A stretch of DNA of 64,000 nt from Spirochaetia bacterium (GTDB lineage: Bacteria; Spirochaetota; Spirochaetia; UBA9216): positions 384,001-448,000 of the forward strand of contig CAXXYH010000003.1 of assembly GCA_963677925.2 (NCBI GenBank). The letters run 5' to 3'. A model generated the notes under the pieces. It saw only the letters and a program-made list of their open reading frames with translations. It ran no database searches and was not told where the DNA came from. Shown here in pieces: positions 40,479 to 48,820 of this stretch; the stretch's first letter is position 1; the number at the start of each line of letters is the position of its first letter. Position numbers and translations under genes: made by a program.

Positions 40479-40961
40479 ATGAAAATTGAAGAGATATTAA
40501 AAGAAGACTGCATCCTAGGGAATATTGAAGTCCCCTCCAAAGAAGCCGCACTGGACATAATGGCCAGACATCTGTATGAAAAGGGATATGTGAAGGAATC
40601 ATATATACAGGCAATCCAGGACAGGGAAGCCAGCTACCCTTCGGGCCTTCCGATGGAAATACTCAAGATAGCGATACCTCATACTGATGCAGATCATGTA
40701 AATCAGTCTGTTATCTGTTTTGCCAGACTTAACAAAGAAGTTGAATTTTCTGTTATGGGAGCACCTGAAGAAAAAATACCGGTCAGACTTATTTCGATGT
40801 TTGCACTGAAAGAAAAGAAAAAGATAGGCGACCTGCTTGAAACCCTTATCACAACATATCAGGATAATGATGTTCTGCAAGCCCTTGTTGATTCTTCTGA
40901 TGAATCTGAAATCTACGAAATATTAAAAACCAATGTCGGAAAGAACTTAAAGGCTGAATAA
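40479..40961 (+). CDS. PTS EIIA (Fru/Mtl/Gat type)
   Basis: REASYPSGL, IAIPHT phospho-His. Confidence 0.93.
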   Translation: MKIEEILKEDCILGNIEVPSKEAALDIMARHLYEKGYVKESYIQAIQDREASYPSGLPMEILKIAIPHTDADHVNQSVICFARLNKEVEFSVMGAPEEKIPVRLISMFALKEKKKIGDLLETLITTYQDNDVLQALVDSSDESEIYEILKTNVGKNLKAE

Positions 40962-42686
40962 ATGAATCTATTTACAGGTAGAAGCGCATCCGGCGGGCTC
41001 TGCACCGGCAGAGCCTTTATATACAGACAACAGACTCTTGAGTTCGAGACATGTACTGTAAAAAATACCGATAAAGAAATTAATCGTCTAAATAAATCCT
41101 TTGATCAGGCATTCGGTGAACTTGCCCGGATTAAGGATTCATTCTCAGATGAGCTGGGTGAAGATTACGGACATATCTTCAGAGCCCAGATGACAATGAT
41201 TGAAGATGACGAGTTTAAGGCTGAAATAGCAGAAATAATAAATAGGCAGCAGATTTGTGCAGAAGCTGCATTGAAAATGATATTTGAAGGATATTCAGAG
41301 GCTTTCAGCTGCATGGATGAGGATGACTATAATAGGCAAAGGCTCGCGGATCTCAATGATGTTTATACAAGGATTCTCCGGAATCTGCTTGGCCTTCCTG
41401 AAAACAGTCTTGCTGAAGTACCTCCTGAATCAATAGTTGTTGCCGAGGATCTAATGCCATCTGATACAGCAAAGATGAACAGGGCCAATACCGCAGGGAT
41501 CATAACTGAAAAAGGCGGAGTAACATCACATGTTGCAATTCTGTCCAAAAGTCTCGGCATACCCGCAGCGGTCGGAGTTTCAGATATTTGCTCCAGGATT
41601 CAGCATGGCGAAGAGGCTTTTCTTGATACAACAGATCCTGAAAAAGCTGTTATATTCACCTCACCTTCTATAGAAGAAAGAAACAGCTTTAACGATAAGC
41701 TCATAAAACAGAGAGAGCATACTGCGCAAATCAGTTTGATGAAAAATCTCAAGCCGGTTACCGAAGATGGAAGAGAAATAATACTATCCGCTAATATAGG
41801 CTCTATAGAAGATTTGGAAAATGCTCTGACCTTCGGGGCAAAAAGTGTGGGACTTCTTCGAACGGAGTTTTTCTTTCTTGATACCACAGTTCTTCCGGAT
41901 GAAGAGAAACAGTTTAATTTTTATAAATCAGCTGCAGAGAAACTTGACGGTGGAATGCTGATAGTACGAACTCTCGATATCGGCGGAGACAAGGAAGTGA
42001 AGTGTTTTGAACTCCCTGAGGAGGAAAATCCATTTCTCGGCTTGCGGGGAATCAGGGTCAGTTTAAAATACCGCGAAATATTTAAAACTCAGCTGAGAGC
42101 AATATTAAGAGCATCGGTATTTGGGAATATTAAAATTATGTTTCCGATGGTCGCCGATCTTTCGGAACTTATTGAAGCTAAAAAACTAATTACAGAAATC
42201 AGAGCCGAGCTGTCTGAGTCCGGAATCAAATTTTCTGAATCAGTTGAAATCGGAACTATGGTTGAAACCCCTGCTGCAGTTCTGCTGTCTGACCTCCTTA
42301 CCAGGGAGGGTGATTTTATAAGCCTCGGAACAAATGACTTAACCCAGTATCTTCTGTGTGCGGATCGTATAAATGAAGATGTGTCATCCTATTACCGAAT
42401 GTTCAGTCCTGCAGTTTTCAGGGCAATCAGACAGACTGCCGAAGCCGCCCATAAAAACGGTAAATGGGCCGGAGTCTGCGGAGAACTTGGAGGTAATGCT
42501 CTGGCAATTCCTCTGCTGGTTGGGCTTGGTATTGATGAATTAAGTATGACTGCTTCAATGATTCCCGAGGCAATATCAATTATTAGAAGTTTAAAATATT
42601 CTGACTGCAAAACTGCGGCAGATAAGGTATTATTAATGACAAGCGAGGATGAGATTAAGGATTATTTAAAATCCCTGATCAGCTAA
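40962..42686 (+). CDS. ptsI: PTS enzyme I
   Basis: GGVTSHVAI, GLLRTEF, EENPFLGLRG, GTNDLTQY, GVCGELGG. Confidence 0.96.
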   Translation: MNLFTGRSASGGLCTGRAFIYRQQTLEFETCTVKNTDKEINRLNKSFDQAFGELARIKDSFSDELGEDYGHIFRAQMTMIEDDEFKAEIAEIINRQQICAEAALKMIFEGYSEAFSCMDEDDYNRQRLADLNDVYTRILRNLLGLPENSLAEVPPESIVVAEDLMPSDTAKMNRANTAGIITEKGGVTSHVAILSKSLGIPAAVGVSDICSRIQHGEEAFLDTTDPEKAVIFTSPSIEERNSFNDKLIKQREHTAQISLMKNLKPVTEDGREIILSANIGSIEDLENALTFGAKSVGLLRTEFFFLDTTVLPDEEKQFNFYKSAAEKLDGGMLIVRTLDIGGDKEVKCFELPEEENPFLGLRGIRVSLKYREIFKTQLRAILRASVFGNIKIMFPMVADLSELIEAKKLITEIRAELSESGIKFSESVEIGTMVETPAAVLLSDLLTREGDFISLGTNDLTQYLLCADRINEDVSSYYRMFSPAVFRAIRQTAEAAHKNGKWAGVCGELGGNALAIPLLVGLGIDELSMTASMIPEAISIIRSLKYSDCKTAADKVLLMTSEDEIKDYLKSLIS

Positions 42687-42701
42687 ACCAGGAGGAAAGG
42701 A

Positions 42702-42983
42702 ATGGCTAAAAAGATACTTGTATCCTGCGGAACTGCAGTTGCAACCTCTACAGTAGTGCTTAGAAAGATTGAAGAATTACTTGGACAGAAGGGTATTAAC
42801 CCTACTTTCGTACAGTGCAAGGCCTCAGAAGTACCGTCAAAACTTGACGGTGTTGACCTTATTGTTACAACGACACCGGTCGGGGATGTCGGTGATATAC
42901 CTGTCATTCAGACCCTGTCTTTTTTAACAGGAATCGGTATTGATGCCGACATTGAAAAAATTATATCGTACATCAAGGACTGA
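42702..42983 (+). CDS. PTS galactitol-family EIIB
   Basis: ILVSCGTAVATST phospho-Cys loop. Confidence 0.93.
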   Translation: MAKKILVSCGTAVATSTVVLRKIEELLGQKGINPTFVQCKASEVPSKLDGVDLIVTTTPVGDVGDIPVIQTLSFLTGIGIDADIEKIISYIKD

Positions 42984-42985
42984 CA

Positions 42986-43321
42986 ATGATTGAATCTATA
43001 TCAATGGGTAAGCTTCTGTTTAAGGGCAAGGTTTCCAGATCCGACACCATAGTTTACCCGGATCATATGGACACTAAATGGTGGATAAAAAACCGGAACC
43101 GTATTGAAAGCTGTGATCTTGAAGCGGTTATAGCTTACAAACCTGAACTGGTGGTTGTGGGGACCGGTTTTGTCATGCAGCTTACAATCAGCGATGATGC
43201 AGTCAAGACTCTGGAATCTGCAGGCATTGAAGTGTTTGTCGATAAAGTGGAGGCTGCTGCCGAAAAATTCAATGAAAACTGCGGTAAGAAGAAAACCGTA
43301 GGATTATTCCATCTTCTGTAG
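42986..43321 (+). CDS. Mth938-like domain protein
   Basis: IESISMG...D.IVYPD...WW, PELVVVGTG, AAEKFN, GLFH. Confidence 0.85.
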   Translation: MIESISMGKLLFKGKVSRSDTIVYPDHMDTKWWIKNRNRIESCDLEAVIAYKPELVVVGTGFVMQLTISDDAVKTLESAGIEVFVDKVEAAAEKFNENCGKKKTVGLFHLL

Positions 43322-43328
43322 GGAGCGG

Positions 43329-44096
43329 ATGAAGAACAAAAGGGAAAGACTTAAAGGCATAATAGAGATACTCAGAATTGAGGATAATACTACTCTTGAA
43401 AATCTAGCCCGTAAATTCAAAGTTTCCACAGCAACTATTAGACGTGACATAAAAATACTGGAGAACTCAGGGCAGGTGATGCAGGCAATCGGCGGTGAAA
43501 TATACTTCATTAAAGATTATGCCGGGCCCAGCCGTGAGGATATGCTTGCAACTGCCATAAATGAAAAGGTACAGATAGCAGAATACTGCTCAACTCTTAT
43601 AAATGAGCATGAAACAATACTCATAGCACCGGGAGTTATTACAAATCTTGCCGGCAGAATTTTCGGCGGACTTGATTTCAACTTCAGGGTAATTACCAAT
43701 TCTCTTACCCTGTCGCTTGAGCTTTCCAAGCTTGAAAATATCAGCCTGTTTCTTCTTGGCGGTGAAGTTGAAAAGCAGTATTCCAGCATCAGGAATATCA
43801 ACAGTGATCTTCTCTGCGGGGTTCAGTATGCAGATAAACTGTTTTTGACATCTGACGGAATAGATCCGGAATACGGCCTTACCTACTTCGACTCCTCCAT
43901 GAATCCGCTTATCAGCCGTATGATGGACATTGCAAAGGAAATAATATTCATTGCCGATTCAACCAAATTCGGAAATGTATGTTTCAATTATCTATGTGAT
44001 CTGTCGAAACTGGACCTGGTTATTACTGACAGTAAACTGAATGATAAAATTAAAAAAAATATAGAATCAGAAAAAGTAAAAATAATCTGTGTATAG
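43329..44096 (+). CDS. DeoR/GlpR family regulator
   Basis: LARKFKVSTATIRRDI HTH, VITNS, LLGG, ADSTKF. Confidence 0.93.
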   Translation: MKNKRERLKGIIEILRIEDNTTLENLARKFKVSTATIRRDIKILENSGQVMQAIGGEIYFIKDYAGPSREDMLATAINEKVQIAEYCSTLINEHETILIAPGVITNLAGRIFGGLDFNFRVITNSLTLSLELSKLENISLFLLGGEVEKQYSSIRNINSDLLCGVQYADKLFLTSDGIDPEYGLTYFDSSMNPLISRMMDIAKEIIFIADSTKFGNVCFNYLCDLSKLDLVITDSKLNDKIKKNIESEKVKIICV

Positions 44097-44104
44097 GATA
44101 GTTT

Positions 44105-44266
44105 ATGTTTCTTGAAATATCCAAATCGCTGCTTGGTGAATGGGGAACTGCAATACTTGATTTCTACCTGGCCCATCAGCTGATTATAAATATTTTAATT
44201 ATTTCATACGGTATTATCATGATAATTTTTCGCCGTAAAAAGAAACGCAAGGAGAATGTACAATGA
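44105..44266 (+). CDS. 53-aa small membrane protein (not in ORF track)
   Basis: MFLEISKSLLGEWGTAILDFYLAHQLIINILIISYGIIMIIFRRKKKRKENVQ*; AGGA RBS; fills the DeoR-HPr gap; ATGA overlap with HPr. Confidence 0.75.
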   Translation: MFLEISKSLLGEWGTAILDFYLAHQLIINILIISYGIIMIIFRRKKKRKENVQ

Positions 44267-44547
44267 AAGAACTGCTTATTACTGTGAAAAATGATACAGG
44301 CCTTCACTCAAGACCTGCTGATGTCTTTGTAAGAACTGCCAAGCTGTTTGAATCTGCAATTACCGTCTACAAGGGTGAAAAATCTGCAAATGCAAAAACA
44401 ATAATCAAGATAATATTACTTAACGTCTCTCAGGATGATGAAATTAAAATAACAGCCGACGGACCTGATGAAGAACAGGCCCTGGCCGAATTAAAAACAT
44501 TGATAGAATCAGATTTTACCGAAGTAAATGAGGCTGTAAAAATCTGA
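44263..44547 (+). CDS. ptsH: HPr phosphocarrier
   Basis: GLHSRPA (His15), NAKT at position 46, GPDE..A. Confidence 0.93.
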   Translation: MKELLITVKNDTGLHSRPADVFVRTAKLFESAITVYKGEKSANAKTIIKIILLNVSQDDEIKITADGPDEEQALAELKTLIESDFTEVNEAVKI

Positions 44548-44559
44548 TTCATTAAGGCT

Positions 44560-44590
44560 GGGCTGACTGCCTCAATGTCAGCCCTTCTCT
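44560..44590. terminator. Hairpin between convergent HPr and flavin reductase genes
   Basis: GGGCTGAC/GTCAGCCC stem. Confidence 0.6.
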
Positions 44591-44591
44591 C

Positions 44592-45098
44592 TTACTGATA
44601 TAGATATACCTCTGTTATATGCCCGATATAAAGCGTATGAAAGTCTCCGCCGGGATAAGCCTTTTCAATAATATCCTTATCTATAAAATTTCCAGCCGGC
44701 ATGAAATCCGTATAAACTTTTTTGCTGATAATAGTGTATTCAGCTTCCTCGAACATTAGAACCTCACCCTGAAAAACGGGAGTTAATCCGGTTTCTTTAA
44801 CCTTATCAATATCCCGCCCTGATTTTGAGCCTGCAATCTGAAGAGCTTTTTCATAACCCGGTTTAAGGACAGAAAGAGAAAAAGAATCATGTTTGTCCAT
44901 AAATTCCTTCGTAAAGCGGCTGTCTCTTACATAGGCCTGAACTGCGGGTTTAGACCAGATAACACCAAGCATTCCCCAGCTGACGGTCATAAAATTAAAG
45001 GATGATTCATCTCCTGCAGAAAGAAGCATCCACCTGTTTCCAATATCGTTAAACGGATTTACCTGCAGTTCTTCAGGTTTAATAAGTTTAAATGACAT
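44592..45098 (-). CDS. Flavin reductase family protein
   Basis: NFMTVSWG, VRDSRFT, GSKSGRDIDK, HTLYIG. Confidence 0.9.
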   Translation of the reverse strand: MSFKLIKPEELQVNPFNDIGNRWMLLSAGDESSFNFMTVSWGMLGVIWSKPAVQAYVRDSRFTKEFMDKHDSFSLSVLKPGYEKALQIAGSKSGRDIDKVKETGLTPVFQGEVLMFEEAEYTIISKKVYTDFMPAGNFIDKDIIEKAYPGGDFHTLYIGHITEVYLYQ

Positions 45099-45165
45099 TT
45101 AAATCTCCTTATTTCTCAACTTAGCACAGAGTTTTTTTTCAATCAATATTTTACACCAAAGGTAG

Positions 45166-45186
45166 TTGCAAACGTCTCGCATTTAC
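45166..45186 (+). promoter_or_regulatory. Putative Zur-type operator, copy 1
   Basis: TTGCAAACGTCTCGCATTTAC; near-identical copy upstream of the znuA-like gene. Confidence 0.65.
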
Positions 45187-45211
45187 TCTATTTTTAGTTC
45201 AAGAGGTATTT

Positions 45212-46145
45212 ATGATCCAGGCATATGCAACTGCGGCCGTCAGCATTTTTCTTGAAGGCCTGTTTTTCCTTTTAATAGGAGTGATAGTTTCAGGATTCAT
45301 TGAAGCATTTGTACCTGATGATTTTTTCAGCAGGTTTCTGCCCCGAAACAGCACTATATCTATTTTTGCGGCAGTATTCATAGGTCTTCTTATTCCGGTT
45401 TGCGAATGCGGAATAGTACCGGTAATTTCACGACTAATCAAAAAAGGAGTACCAGTATATCTGGCTTTGACGCTGATGCTGGCATCACCGCTGATCAATA
45501 TAATTGTAATTACCGGAACCGCGTACGCTTTTTACGATAATCTCTGGATTCCGCTCTTCAGGACTCTCGGAGGAATAATAATTCCTGTAATTGTCGGGTT
45601 TTATCTAAAAACTTCCTATCAGGAATCAGAAATGCTTCTACCCGGTTTCATTGAGATAGGACATGAAAGCAGCTGCCGCTGCGGCAGCTGCGGATCCGGC
45701 AGCGGTTTAAAAGTAAAACCATTTAAAGAAAAGATTTCAGATGCACTTGCACATACTGTGTCGGATTTTTTCAGTACCGGAGGTTATTTCATCTTTGGAA
45801 TTCTTATAACCTCAGTTCTCAGGCTGAATATGAAAGACAGTCCTGCTCCTGTTTTTTAATGATAATTTTCCCCTGTCCAATTTTTTTATGCTGGGACTTC
45901 CCTATGTACTGTCGGTATGCAGCTATACTGACGCCTTTATTGCCAGGTCATTTTCTGATCTGTTTTCAAGTTCTTCAGTGCTGACTTTTCTAATTTTCGG
46001 AGCAATGTTTGACATCAAAACAACATTGATGCTTACGGGAACATTCAAAAAAAGATTTATAATCAAGCTCATTGTAATCACTGCCCTGCTTGTACTATCT
46101 TTCTCTGTTTTTTCAGAAATTATAATCAGGCGGGCAGGTTTATGA
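45212..46145 (+). pseudogene. DUF318/YcgR-type permease split by one extra T
   Basis: PVCECG half (45212-45859) and SVCS.TDAF half (45888-46145) join in frame if T6 at 45852-57 is T5. Confidence 0.8.
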
Positions 46146-46894
46146 ACAGAATCAGAAATATAATTTCCGGATTGTCTCAATCTTTGCTTCTGCTTTTTCT
46201 TTGCTTCTCCCTGCTTATGCTTCTGATAACAGGAAAAGACGGGATTCTGGTCAGCCCGATTTACCGAAAGTTTATTTTTATATCGGCAGTAATAATTTTT
46301 GCATTCTTTTTAATTTCACTTAAGAACATCTCCGGCTTTTCTCAGGCATCAGGTTCTTTCGTCAGCAGGATTCTTATGCTTATAATCAGTACAGCCTTCT
46401 ATTTTATCTCTTATGAGAATTTTCAGGAGCGGATATCTTCACTACGTACATTTTCAGTAAAAAATAATTCTGCCTCTGCAGAAGGCAGACAACAATTAGC
46501 AGATAAATCTGTTATAAGTATGGATGATTTAAACTATGTCAGATACATTTATGATATCTACGACAATCCGGCATTGTATGAAGGTAAGAAAATTATTATA
46601 AAAGGTTTCATAATGCGTCCTGATATGCTGGAAGAACCGCTTTTTATCATTGCCCGTCTAAATATGTACTGCTGTGCCGCTGATGCGTCCATTGTAGGTT
46701 TTATATGCATTTTACATCAGTCTGATTTTACATTTGACGAAAAAAAATGGTATGATATAAACGGTACAATGGGACTTAAAAATCTGACTCTTGCTTCCGG
46801 CACTGATATTTATCCGGTAATTTATGTCGATCAAATAACCGAAACAGGTGCAGCCGACAGTCCGTATGTATATCCATTCTATAACGGAGACTAA
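46142..46894 (+). CDS. TIGR03943/YcgQ-family putative permease partner
   Basis: Three TMs, YEGKKI..KGF, R..MYCCAADA, PYVYP. Confidence 0.85.
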   Translation: MNRIRNIISGLSQSLLLLFLCFSLLMLLITGKDGILVSPIYRKFIFISAVIIFAFFLISLKNISGFSQASGSFVSRILMLIISTAFYFISYENFQERISSLRTFSVKNNSASAEGRQQLADKSVISMDDLNYVRYIYDIYDNPALYEGKKIIIKGFIMRPDMLEEPLFIIARLNMYCCAADASIVGFICILHQSDFTFDEKKWYDINGTMGLKNLTLASGTDIYPVIYVDQITETGAADSPYVYPFYNGD

Positions 46895-46897
46895 TCT

Positions 46898-47311
46898 ATG
46901 GAATCCTGCGATCCTGTTAAGGTTTTAACAGATAATAAAATTAAAAAGACTAATCAGAGAATTTCAGTTCTTCAACTGATAATAGATTTAAAATCACCTT
47001 TCACTGTTGCCGGTCTTCACAGCCGACTCAAGGAGACTATGGATCTGGCTACTCTGTATCGAATTGTAAGCCTTTTTAAAGAAAATGACATTATTCGTGA
47101 AATTTTAACCGAAAGCGAGGAACGTCTGTATGAACGGTCCTGTATACATAATCCTGTTCATCCGCATCTTGCATGCAGAATTTGCGGACAGATAATCTGT
47201 CTTACGGAAATTCCCCAGAATGTTCTTGACTCAGTTAAAACTCTCTACCATGAACATATAATAGAAGACGCATCGATACAGTTTTCCGGAATCTGCTCTA
47301 ATTGCAAATAA
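46898..47311 (+). CDS. Fur-family regulator, probably Zur
   Basis: TNQR, LATLYR, H.HL.CRICG and CSNC; zinc-uptake neighbours. Confidence 0.85.
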   Translation: MESCDPVKVLTDNKIKKTNQRISVLQLIIDLKSPFTVAGLHSRLKETMDLATLYRIVSLFKENDIIREILTESEERLYERSCIHNPVHPHLACRICGQIICLTEIPQNVLDSVKTLYHEHIIEDASIQFSGICSNCK

Positions 47312-47376
47312 TTCGCTTTTATTCTTGACTATTAATATTTTACTCCGTAATATAATTGCAAATGCTTCGCATTTAC
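47302..47376 (+). promoter_or_regulatory. Promoter flanked by two more Zur-type boxes
   Basis: TTGCAAATAATTCGC (47302), TTGACT(47325)-17 bp-TAATAT, TTGCAAATGCTTCGCATTTAC (47356). Confidence 0.65.
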
Positions 47377-47387
47377 AGGAGTAAAAT

Positions 47388-48296
47388 ATGAAAAGAGCAC
47401 TAGTAATCTTATTGCTGGTATTATCAGCAGCAGTCGTTTTTGCATCAGGTTCTCAGGAAAGCACTGAGAACACAAAAATATCGGTGTTTACAAGCCTTAT
47501 TCCTCAAAAATTCTTTGTTGAAAAAATAGGCGGAGATAAAGTTGAGGTAAATTACCTTGTAGGTCCCGGTAAAAGTCCGGCAACATATGAACCCACACCT
47601 GATCAGGTAATTAAACTTGGAAAATCCGATTTACTTTTTACTATCGGCGTTCCATTTGAAGCTGCCTTTCTGCCTGCGGTCAGGGACAGCAAAAAACTCC
47701 GAATAGTTGATACATCAGAGGGAATTCAGAAAAGACATCTTGAAGCTCATTCCCATGAAGAAGAAGGTGAAGAACATCATGATGAACATGAGATAGAGCA
47801 TGAAGAAAGTGGAACAGAAGATCCGCATATCTGGCTCTCCCCTTCACTAGTTATTCATCAGTCGGAAATTATCAGGGATGCACTTAAGGATATAGATCCT
47901 GAAAATTCTTCATTCTATGATGATAATTACAACAGCTTTACAGAAGAGCTGCAGAAGGTCAGCACTGATCTTTCTGCAGCTCTTAAACCTTTCAAGGGTG
48001 AGACAATATTTGTTTATCATCCTGCATTCGGATATTTTTGCGATGAATTTAATCTTCACCAGGAAGCTATTGAAACAGGAGGAAAAGAACCATCTGCCGC
48101 TCAGTTAACTGAAATAATTGAGGAAGCAAAAGCTGACGGCGTAAAGATTCTTTTTGTACAGCCTGAATTTGCAATGAAGAGCGCAAAGACTATAGCAGAT
48201 GCAATCGGCGGCGTAGTTATCAGTCTTAATCCGCTTAGTGAAGATTATATTAACAATCTATATTCGATAGCGGATGAAGTAAAGAAAGCTTTCTGA
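47388..48296 (+). CDS. ZnuA/AdcA-type metal-binding protein
   Basis: SPATYEP, His/Glu-rich loop HSHEEEGEEHHDEHEIEH, DPHIWLSP, YHPAFGYF. Confidence 0.92.
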   Translation: MKRALVILLLVLSAAVVFASGSQESTENTKISVFTSLIPQKFFVEKIGGDKVEVNYLVGPGKSPATYEPTPDQVIKLGKSDLLFTIGVPFEAAFLPAVRDSKKLRIVDTSEGIQKRHLEAHSHEEEGEEHHDEHEIEHEESGTEDPHIWLSPSLVIHQSEIIRDALKDIDPENSSFYDDNYNSFTEELQKVSTDLSAALKPFKGETIFVYHPAFGYFCDEFNLHQEAIETGGKEPSAAQLTEIIEEAKADGVKILFVQPEFAMKSAKTIADAIGGVVISLNPLSEDYINNLYSIADEVKKAF

Positions 48297-48319
48297 ATAA
48301 TAAAAAATTATGCCCCAGT

Positions 48320-48358
48320 ACCGGATTCTGTTTTTAACACCGAATCCGGTTTATTTTT
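48320..48358 (+). terminator. Terminator after znuA-like gene
   Basis: ACCGGATTC/GAATCCGGT stem + TTATTTTT. Confidence 0.75.
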
Positions 48359-48445
48359 GTATAAATATTCATAAATATATCTTTTACATATATAGACTTA
48401 TTTCAATATATATAAATATTTTAAATGTTTATGAAAATTTATGTT

Positions 48446-48480
48446 AAAATTAGGCATTCCTAACTTTATAATTATTGACA
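48446..48480 (+). promoter_or_regulatory. DtxR/MntR-like dyad just upstream of the feo -35 box
   Basis: AAAATTAGG-CATT-CCTAACTTT, then TTGACA at 48475. Confidence 0.55.
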
Positions 48481-48538
48481 ACTTTCTTTTGGTTTGCTAA
48501 AGATATATAGAGCATTAATAATTCCGGAGGTTTATACC

Positions 48539-48796
48539 GTGACTTTATCAAAAGGTAATACAGGTGTTGTTTACAAAATCACATCTGTTGAAACTCAGCA
48601 GGATGAATTATCTGAATTTCTATTCAGTCTGGGATGTTATCCAGATGAGAAAATAACAATAATTTCAAAACTGGCATCCAACCTCGTAATAAATGTTAAA
48701 GATGCCAGATACAGCATCGATGATGAACTTGCCAAGGCCATCTCAATTGAAGAACTCTGCACATCAAAGCCGGAACTCATTGAGTTTCCGGCATAA
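48539..48796 (+). CDS. feoA: Ferrous iron transport protein A
   Basis: GGAGG RBS before GTG 48539; FLFSLGC, VKDARYSID. Confidence 0.88.
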   Translation: MTLSKGNTGVVYKITSVETQQDELSEFLFSLGCYPDEKITIISKLASNLVINVKDARYSIDDELAKAISIEELCTSKPELIEFPA

Positions 48797-48820
48797 AAAT
48801 ATATTCCTGGAGGAAAAAAA

